Positions 12,079 through 21,789 of a stretch of 64,000 nucleotides of DNA are shown one piece after another. The position numbers were made by a program, and so were the translations under genes. Source of the stretch: Octopus vulgaris. Lineage: Eukaryota. Position 1 is the first letter of the stretch. Every line of letters starts with the position of its first letter. The stretch lies in contig OX597819.1 in assembly GCA_951406725.2 (NCBI GenBank), positions 72,540,001 through 72,604,000 of the forward strand. Reading direction: 5' to 3'. Below the pieces are notes generated by a model, which ran no database searches, was not told where the DNA came from, and saw only the letters and a list, made by a program, of their open reading frames with translations.

Positions 12079-12458
12079 GTATCGGAAAAGACCACATAAA
12101 ATTTTCACCAGTGGCCACTGCATCTTATCGTTTGCTGCCTGAAATAACCCTGTTGAACTCTGTGTATGGAGAACAGGCTCGCCGCTTGCAGACATGTTTC
12201 TCGCCAGGTGTCATAGAAATTGATATTGTAGATGGTGTAGAAAGGGCCAGAGTTGCTCATGCTAGGAAAGACACTTGCAGCCGTGAAGTGCTGCGCCATG
12301 ATGATCTCAAGAATTCCGTCCGCCTCAGCAAAGTACGAGACCATTTTATTTTCTCTGTAGAGTCGACTGGTGCTCTACCTGCCAATATCCTTTTCACAGA
12401 ATCAATAAATATTCTCATGAAAAAGTGCCAAACATTCCTTGGGAAAATGAAGACTTAA
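12079..12458 (+). CDS. POLR1C: RPAC1 coding exon 2 (terminal)
   Basis: Polypyrimidine tract and TTTAAG acceptor ending at 12078. Completes G|GT, giving [54 protein letters not shown], stop TAA. Joined CDS 1017 nt, 338 aa. Confidence 0.97.
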
Positions 12459-12467
12459 TTCTTGACA

Positions 12468-12473
12468 AATAAA
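12468..12473 (+). terminator. Candidate polyadenylation signal of POLR1C
   Basis: AATAAA 10 nt after the stop, followed by a GT-rich element (TTGTTGTGTTGTTTG) at ~12490. Confidence 0.6.
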
Positions 12474-12879
12474 AGAAAATGAATTCTCTTTGTTGTGTTG
12501 TTTGTTAAATTTTAAAATTTGGAATTAAATCCTAAAAAAAGGATTGTAAACAAACAGCTGTCATCTCTATTGTTATTGTTCATTATTTATAGGCACAGAC
12601 ATGGCTAAGAAGCTTGCTTTCGGGCCACATCATTTTGGGTTCAGTCCCACTGCATGGAACCTTGAGCAAGTATCTTCTACTATAGCCTCAGGTTGACCTA
12701 AGCAGAAACTGAAAGAAGCCCATCATGTATTCTTTTACTTGTTTCAATCATTTGACTGTGGTCATGCTGGAGCACCACCTTATTCTTTGTAAGCCTAGGA
12801 CTTATTCTAAGTTACAGAGATGTAAACACACTAGCATCAGTTGTCAAGCAATGGTGGGTGGGACAAATGCACACACATC

Positions 12880-13250
12880 CTCTAGAAAAACAACGACGCC
12901 GTGGTGATCTCATTCTTGCTCACAACATCATAAGCGGAAAGTGTAACCTCTCGAAGGAGCTGTTCTTCACTCCTGCTCCAGAGCGTCGGCTGCGGGGTCA
13001 TTCCAAAAAGCTCTATCTACGACGATTTCATCTCAATTGAAGGAGAGGGGCTTTCTCCGTCCGGGTTGCAGATCCGTGGAATAAGCTGCCGGACAAGATG
13101 GTGAAGATGCCGACGACCGCTCAGTTCAAAGTCTCTGTAACAAGTGGCCTGAACTCTTTACATGAACACCACCCTGTACATAACTCCATGTCCCCTTACA
13201 TGGCTTTGCTTTTTGAGCCAAAAAATTAACTAACTAACTAACTAACTAAC
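12880..13250 (+). mobile_element. 3' end of a second CR1-family LINE with (TAAC)n tail
   Basis: LEKQRRRGDLI..LRGHSKKL..FSVRVADPWNKLP followed by AATTAACTAACTAACTAAC. Confidence 0.85.
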
Positions 13251-13433
13251 ATACACATATTTATATATATACGACAGGCTTCTTTCAGTTTCCATCTACT
13301 AAATCCACTCACAAGGCTTTGGTCGGCCTGTGGCTATAGTAGAGGACACTTACCCAAGGTGCCACGCAGTGGGACTGACCCAGAACTATGTGGTTGGTAA
13401 GCAAGCTACTTAACACACAGCCACTCCTCCTCG

Positions 13434-15984
13434 TCATCATCATTTAATGTCCATTTTCCATACTGGCATGCGTTGAATGGTTTGACTGGGGTCTGACAAG
13501 CCAGGAGGCACCAGACTCCAATCTGATCTGGCAATGTTTCTACAGCTGGATGCCCTTCCTAATGCCAACCACTCTGAGAGTGTAGTGGGTGCGTTTTACA
13601 TGCCACCGGCACAGGAGCCAGAGGGGGCTGGCATTAACCATGTTCGGATGGCGCTTTTTATATGCCACTGGGTCAGGAGCCAATCAGACAGCGCTGGCAT
13701 CAGCCACGTTCAGATGGTGCATTTTACATGCCACCGGTATGGGGAGCCAGTCAGGCAGCACTGGCAACGACCCACGCATGAATGGTGCTATTGCATACCA
13801 CCGGTATGAGAGCCAGTCAGGTGGCACTGGCATCAGCCTCATTCAGATGGTGCTTTTTACGTGCCATGCACAGGGAGCCAATCCGGCATCAGCCACAACT
13901 AATTTCCATTTGATTGTGTTTTGATGTACTTAACTCAATAAGTCTTCTCAGGCACAACAAGCCAAAGGTACTTTTTTAAGTGGACCGGTTATGTAACACT
14001 GGTGTAGGCTACGGCTGTGATCTCGCTTTACTTGCCAAGTCTTCTCAGTCACAGCATATCTCCAGAGGTCTCGGTCTTTCGTCATTGCCTCTGTGAGGCC
14101 CAACGTTCGAAAATCATGCTTCACCACCTCATCCCATGTCTTCTTGGGTCTCCCTCTACCACAGGTTCTTTCCACTGTTTGGGAGTGGCACTTCACACAG
14201 CTCTCCTCGTCCATCCACAGTACATGACCATACCAGCGCAGTCGTCTCTCTTGCATGCCACACCTGATGCTTCTTATGTCCAACATTTCTCTCAGGGCGC
14301 TTACACTCTGTCGTGTGTGCACACTGATGTTACACATCCAGTGAATCATGCTAGCTTCATTTCTTTCGAGACTACGCATGTCTTCAGCGGTCACGGCCCA
14401 TGTTTCACTGCCGTGAAGCATGGCATTTCGCACACATGCATCATACAATCTACCTTTCACTCTGAGTGGGAGGCCCTTTGTCACCAGTAGAGGTAGGAGA
14501 TTTCTGAACTTTGCCCAGGCTATTCTTATTCTAGTGATAATGCTCTCTGAGCATCCATCCCACTACAGACTTGGTCATCTAGGTAACGGAAGCTATCAAC
14601 TACTTCTAGTTTCTCCACCTGGCATGTGATGGAATCTGTTTTCTGAGCATCTGTGGTGTTTATTACCCCTGTGCATCTGCCACACACGAAAGCTATCTTC
14701 CCAGTTAACCTTCCTTTGATGCTGCTGCACCTCTTATGTGTCCATAGCTTACACTGGGAACATCTTATGGAGTTTCTACCTACACCTTTTCTACAGATTG
14801 AGCAGGGCCATCTACCTGAAGGGTTTTTTGTGACATTGACTCTAAGGCCCTTCAATTCTAAATCTTGCTTACATACCTGAAATTTCTTCTCTAGTTCTGG
14901 TAGTGATTCTGCTATGATAGCCAGATCATCAGCATAAAGGAGCTCCCAGGGGCAACCTGTCTTGAATTTCTCTGTTATTGCCTGGAGGACTATGATGAAT
15001 AAGAGGGGGCTGAGGGTTGACCCTTGGTGGACCTCTGCTTCTACCTGGAATTTTTCACTAAACTCATTGCCAACCCTAACCTTACTAATGGCATCTCTGT
15101 ACAGCCCTTATTAAACATTTGCCAATCCCTAGTTTCCACATCACCCACAAGATAAGGGATTGGGGGACCCTGTCAAAAGCTTTCTCCTAGTTCACAAAAG
15201 CCAAGTATAGGGGCTTACCTTTGGCTAGGTATTTCTCCTGCAGTTGCCATACCAGAAATATAGCATCAGTGGTGCTTCTACCTGGCTCAAAGCCAAACTG
15301 CATCTCATCTAAACAGAATCTCTCCCTAATTAGGTGGGCTATGACCTTCATCACCTGATCTAGCAGTTTGATACTCCTGTAGTTATTTCTATCTAGAGTA
15401 TCATCTTTACCTTTGTAGCAGGTGACTATGGTGCTGCTACACCAGGCATTAGGTATGACTCCATCATGAACTACCTGGTTTACAATGCGGGTGACTAGGC
15501 CATAGCCCACACCACCTGATGTTTTAAGCATCTCAGCAGTGATGCCTGATAGGCCGGGGGGGTTTTCTTGACTTCATACCCTTAATTGCTTTATCTACCA
15601 GGGTGCTGTCTATTCAGATAGCAGGTCCCTCTACTGGATCAACAGTTGGCAGGCTCTCCTCCCATTCAATCTCCATGTTCAGCAGCCTTGCATAACGGCT
15701 TCTCCAAGCCTATTTCTTTTCAGAATCATTAAAAGTGCACCATCATCCATGCAGAGATATTTCTCTCCTGTGACATCACAATTTTCTCTCACACACTGTC
15801 TTGCAATCCAAAATACTTCAGTTCTTTGGTCCTCACATCGCTGAACATTGGCAAACTTCTTTTCTGCTTCTCCCTTGGCTATGTATACTTGTCACCCAGC
15901 CTCCCTTCTGGCTATCTGGTACAGTTCCCTGCTACCCCAACTCTTCCAGGTCTGTTTCTTTGCTCTAATAGCTTTGTCTACCAT
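13434..15984 (-). mobile_element. RTE-clade LINE, ~2.5 kb, 5'-truncated and frameshifted
   Basis: RT motifs NYRSIKLL, QFGFEPGRSTTDAIF, HQGS, LLYADDL (YADD at 14925-14936), KGRLYDACVR..HGSETW, RRLRWYGHV, RGRPKKTW; (CAT)n tail at 13434. Confidence 0.93.
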
Positions 15985-16027
15985 GCCTATAAACTATATA
16001 AATAAGTAACAAAAGATGAACAGGTGT

Positions 16028-16109
16028 CAATTCATTACATCCGTTTCAAGCGACTCCATTTAATTGATTAATGAAAATTTGAAAGAAACCGTTCTCGTCA
16101 GATAATTGC
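16028..16109 (-). ncRNA. Putative minimal type I hammerhead ribozyme (Penelope-type)
   Basis: Minus strand reads GCAAUUAU CUGACGA GAACGGUUUC [AU-rich loop] GGAGUCGCUU GAAAC GGAU GUA^AUGAAUUG. Both core boxes present, stem II 9 of 10 pairs including G-U, 2-bp stem III, stem I with one bulge. Confidence 0.6.
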
Positions 16110-16554
16110 ATTCATCTGAGAAAAACGGTTTCTTTCAAATTGGTGTAAAGTTTTCGTTAATCAATTAAATGGAGCTGTAATGAATTGACACCTGTGCATC
16201 TTTGTTATTTATTCATATTCTGTTTACCTAACTTAGAATCTGCACTTTTTGTTTGAATTACCGAGAGTGGATATCTTCACTTAGCTGGGTTGCAATGCCT
16301 AGATACACACAACAGGAATATCAGGTGCTAACACCTTGCACGGAGTCTTGGTATTCAATATTCAAATAATATTGTCAAGTTGTGCAAATTATACCAAATA
16401 GCAAGATGCCTCAATTTAAGTACCCAATTCAACTGATTCTTAATTATATTTCATATGTGTGTGTGCATTAGTGTTTCCTTGTCTTGTAATTAGGTGATAC
16501 CTATTAACAAGTGTCCTACAATCAATGCCCCTGGTCCCTAATCTTCCATTAATA

Positions 16555-16740
16555 TATTTGGTAATGATTCTGCTATGAGAGCCAGGTCATCAGCATAGAG
16601 GAGCTCCCAAGGGCAACCTGTCTTGAATTCTTCTGTTATTGCCTGGAGGATTATGATGAATAAGAAGACCCCTACTTCTAACCGGAATTTTTCACTATAC
16701 TCATTGCCAACCCTAACCTTACCAACAGCATCTCTGTATG
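16555..16740 (-). mobile_element. RTE RT fragment
   Basis: EEFKTGCPWELLYADDLALIAES, nearly identical to 14900-15100. Confidence 0.85.
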
Positions 16741-17217
16741 GGCCTGTATATATATTTCCATATTGGCCACCAGATAAGGGTGGAAATAGGTGAGGTTTGG
16801 CAATAGGAAGGGCATCTGGCTGTAGAAAATCTACCTCAACAAATTCCATCCAACCAAGCAGTTGTGAAATTGAAGGTTGGGGGTGAGGGGAGGGGTCAGC
16901 AGCTAGCAGTGGTTTTCATCTATTTTTACCTATGGAACCCCTTTGGTTCCTATTTTACTCAGGTGGACCCTTAAAGCCAATTTCAGAAAACACTAAGTCA
17001 ATTACATCAACCCTAGTGCTTGACTGGTACTTATTTTATTGACCCCAAAAGAATGAAAGGCAAGGTTGAACTCAGAACGTAAAGGCAGATGAAATGTCTG
17101 GTGACATTTTGTCCAGTGCAGTAACAATTCTGCCAACTTACCACCTTAAAAGGCCATTTCCAAAATTAATTGAAACAAGGCAGAGTATTTCAGAGTATGG
17201 TAACAAAAAGGGTTTAA

Positions 17218-17437
17218 CCCTTGCCTTACTGTATTTATTTTGAGACGCTCTGTGTTTCTTTCAATTACTTTAAATATAACAAAGAATTTAGTAAAATAAC
17301 TTAGTTATCATTCAGCTAGTGTTAGGAGCATAAATTGTGACTAAGGTTTAGTGGAAGATTTTAATTCAAAATTTATGAAAACAAGATCTTTGTACTCAGA
17401 GCCAGAGCTGGTTTCAGCCAGGTTGGTAACGAAAGGG
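17218..17437. mobile_element. TTAA-flanked MITE (piggyBac-like termini)
   Basis: TTAA|CCCTT...GTAACGAAAGGG|TTAA; second copy at 36338-36552. Confidence 0.8.
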
Positions 17438-18335
17438 TTAAAGAAGCTGAGCAATGACTAGTTCATGTTTGCTGTGATAACCTGCAATAATACAATCATG
17501 CTACCATTTCACAATCAATTTAATGACCAATCACAATATTTATTTACCCAACAATAACAATATTTTTCACAATCATTACTTTGTTATTCCTGCCCCAATT
17601 TCTCCTTAAGCTACAACAATCAAGCCTAATTCCTCATCATTTAATCATATAGTTTGTGTAATTATAAATGCTCTAATTTCTCATGACACCATCAATCAAA
17701 TATTTACTTGCCAACTGTTTTCAAAATGTTCCTTAGGTGGTGGACTGCTTCACCTTTTTGATCGCCAAACCACCAAAGTCTGTCTTTGGTTCTATGATAC
17801 AAATTTCTCGTTTTATTTAAATCAAAACTTTCCATCAAAATTTTATGCTAATTTATGTCCCAAATATCAGCTTAATGAAAGTTTCATTAGATTCTTCTTT
17901 ATTTTCAAAATTGAGAGCTTTTTGTCTTGCAAAGAACTTGGCAACCCTGTTGGTGCTGGTGCCACATCAAGAGTACTGGTGATGGTACCACATAAAAGGT
18001 ACTCATGCTGGTGTCACATTAAAAGCATCCAGTACACTCTGTAAAGCGGTTGGCAATAGGAAGGGCATCCAGTTGTAGAAATCTTTCTAAAACAGACAAC
18101 AGAGCCTGGGGCATATCCCAGCCTTACCAGCTCCTGTCAAACCATCCAACCCATACCAGCATGGAAAATGGAAGATAAACAATGATGAATTGAACCAAAG
18201 GCAGTGAGTTTCAATAGAAATGTGATTAACCCTTTTTGATATCAACCTGTCTGAGACTGCCCCTGGTTCTATGATACAAATTCTCTGTTTTAAAGTGATC
18301 TAAAGTAAAAACTTTCATAAAACATTTATGTTTAA

Positions 18336-18541
18336 CCTTTTAGCATTCAGATTACTCTCTCAAATGTAATATTTATTCACATTATTTTGAATTAGTCATC
18401 CATTCTTTCATAATTTTGAGATTTCAACAATATGACTGTTTAGGTTTAGAATGACATTGTTGGGTTGGTGTAAGAAGCCAAATCTGACTGGTTTATACTT
18501 AACACAAGTAGAATAATTAGGCCAATTTAAATGCTAAAGGG
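18336..18541. mobile_element. Second TTAA MITE family, nested in an older TTAA MITE
   Basis: TTAA|CCTTTTAGCATT...AATGCTAAAGGG|TTAA; related copy at ~40960-41520. Confidence 0.75.
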
Positions 18542-19113
18542 TTAACTATGTTCCAAGCACCAGTTGAATAATGACAGTTATTTTATGAAATACTTCGTTA
18601 TTTTTTCTTTTTCTGTTTCTGGTGGTTTTCCTTAATAATTTGATCTTTCATACTTTTAATGTTCGTTTTTTTCTCCTTTCTGTAAAAAATATGTTGCTAA
18701 TTAAAAACTCATATTTCAAAATTTGAATAAAAAATCGGCGCAGTCATGGTTATGTGGTAAGAAGCTTGTGGAAATGTTAGCATGCCAAGCAAAATGCTTA
18801 GCAGTATTTCATCTGCCGCTACGTTCTGAGTTCAAATTCCGCCGAGGTCAACTTTGCCTTTCATCCTTTCAGGGTCAATAAATTAAGTACCAGTTATGCA
18901 CTGGGGTCGATGTAATTGACTTAATCCCTTTGTCTGCCCTTGTTTGTCCCCTCTATGTTTAACCCCTTGTGGGCAATAAAGAAATGAGAAGCTTGCTTCC
19001 CAGATTCATTCTCACTGCATGGTACCTTGAGCAAGTGTCTTATACTATAGCCTTGGCTGACCAAAGCCTAGTGAGTGGATTTGGGAGACAGAAACTAAAA
19101 GAAGCCTGTTGTG

Positions 19114-19150
<37 letters not shown>

Positions 19151-20254
19151 TAGCAATGTACCCAGGTGTTATGACCTACAGCCACATTGTATTATTTATT
19201 ACTTTCTTATGGGCAGAATCGGCACATGAGGAGTGTGAAGCAAACAACTCTTATTTATGAACATGATTTTCGGTCATTTTCTGATGAACAGCATGGCAGT
19301 TTCCAACTACCAAATTCAGTCACAAGTCTGTGGTTGGCCTAGGGCTATAGTAGAATAAACTTGCCTTAGGTACCATGCAGAGGGACTGAACGTGGAACCA
19401 TGTGGTTAGGAAGCAAACTTCTTAACCACACAATCATTCTTGCACTTAATATGTGTCTGTGTGCATGTTTATATTTGTTGTTAAATCGAGTATTGTGTCC
19501 CACTAAGTCTCAAAGTTAGCAGTTCATCAAGCAGAGATCTATAAAATAAATGCCAGATTGAAATACGTACAGAGGTCAGTATGATCAATTAAATTTTTAA
19601 AGGTGACACCCCATCATGGCGACAGTCGAAAGACTAAGCCCAGTAAAGTAATGTTTAAAGACTTAATGGCTTCAAATTTAAGGCAATGGATTACTAACCA
19701 CAAGATAATGAGTTCAAAACTTCGTATTGAACTTCCACTCAATACGATAACCTTATATGTATATCTCAGTCTTCTTGACTTGCAACAATTTACAATTGTA
19801 ATTTGAAGTTGATTGGTTAGCAGTAAGAAAGATGTCCAGATTTCTTTAAAAATTATTGTGCAAAATATTCTGGAAAAAAAGCATGTTTTTCACTACAAAC
19901 ACACACACACACACACACACACAGATGTTGCTGTGGTAACTTGAGCTACTACAAATAGCAGCCAAATCTCTTAAAACATATCCTTTCATAAAAAAAAAAG
20001 ACACAGATTTACAGTATTCCATGAAGAAAAAGCAAAACTATGCGATGGGTCTGCTTCATCAGAGGCAACTCTGGGCTAAGCAAAACACACACAAACATAC
20101 TTCACATTAAAAGATTATCTACTAAATAATACTAATAAACTTGTCGGTATAGTTTCCTTCCCTGGTAGAATTCCAAGCATTTTAAGAGTGTTCAGGCAGA
20201 GTTGCCTCCCTTAACTAAAGACCTTAAAATTTTACTTCCTCATATTTTTTCATA

Positions 20255-20406
20255 CTTTACATTCTGAGTTCAAATTCGACTGATGTTGACTTTGCCTTTC
20301 GTCCTTTTGGGGGTCACTAAATAAGTATGTGTTGAGCACTATGGCTGATGTAATCAACTAGACTGCTTCCTAAAAAATTTCAGGTCTTGTGCCTACAACA
20401 GAAAGA

Positions 20407-20472
<66 letters not shown>

Positions 20473-20912
20473 GGTGAGCTGGCAGAATTGTTAGTACGCT
20501 GGGCAAAATGCTTAGAGGCATTTCATCTCTTTACATTCTGAGTTGAAATTCTGCCAAGGTCGACTTCACTTTTCATCCTTTCGGGGTCAATAAATTAAGT
20601 ACCAATTGAACTCGGAAAGGGAGGGGGAGGGGGTAATTGACTTAGCCCCTCCCCCGAAATTTCAGGCCTTGTGCCTTTAGTAGAAAGGATTATTATTATT
20701 ATAGGCAACCTGGCAGAATCATTAGCATGCTGGGCAAAATTCTTACCAGTATTTCGTCCATCTTTACATTCTGAGTTCAAATTCTGCCAGGGTTGACTTT
20801 TGTCTTTCATCCTTTCAGAGTCGATAAAATAAATACCAGTTGAGCACTGAGGTCGATATAATCGACTTAACCAATTCCCTGAAATTTCACACCTTGTGCC
20901 TTGAGTAGAAAG
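20255..20912 (+). mobile_element. Head-to-tail run of three Nin/Deu-domain SINEs separated by (TTA)n
   Basis: Three repeats of TTACATTCTGAGTT(C/G)AAATT...TTTC(A/G)TCCTTT..GTC..TAAA..AGTACC; (TTA)n at 20407-20472. Confidence 0.85.
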
Positions 20913-21789
20913 GATCATCATCATCATCATCATCATCATTATTACTGAGTGAGAGAGCAGTGCATGCCATCAAAGTGACACAGGGTTAAATATACGAAGC
21001 CCAGTATACCCATCATGATTACCCATCTGATAAGGATACACTAGGCTCATGCATCACAACCATATGTGCGTAACATGGTGATCTCATATCAAGATAAACA
21101 GCACATGACCTTGCAGGTGGGGCCCAGTTAGAATTTTCTTCTGGTCAAGTAACCCATCCCACTCAAAAGGTCCCTGAATAAGGGTTGTTTAAGGATGTTG
21201 AATGAAACACCCATGTTTCCAGAGGTGAATTATTCAAACCCCAAAGAATCCCTCTCAACACATGGCTATGATGCTCCCCCACTACTTCTGCTCGTGATCA
21301 GAGATGCACATATCATCAGCCACTAAGGGACATACTCAACTGGTTAAGGCCAAACAACTGACAAGCAAATCCGTGGTATTGAGCAGAATATTTGCTGTAG
21401 CCCATCTTTTATACCAAGACAAAACAATGCACATGATAACACTTCCAATCAGATAAGATCAGAAGCCATGAGATCCTCTGCATAAGGGCATTTATTATTA
21501 TTGTTATTATTATTATTATATTTGTTTCAGTCATATTCTTTGTCAGCCTAGTACTTATTCTATCGATCTTTTTTGCTGAACCGCTAAGTTACAGGTACGT
21601 AAACACAGCATCAGTTGTCTCCAAGTTCAAATTCTGCCAAGGTCAACTTTGTCTTTCATCCTTTCAGAGTCAATAAATTAAATACCAGTTGCATATTGGT
21701 GGGGGGTCAATCTAATTGACTGGCCCCCTCCCCAAAAATTTTGGCCCTTGCGCCTAGAGTAGAAAAGACTATATTAAGCAGCTAGAATG

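Noticed and set aside
13585-13900. Repeat/variable-segment array resembling CRISPR
   Set aside because: Eukaryotic context, inside an RTE 3' UTR, and the variable segments are homologous to each other.
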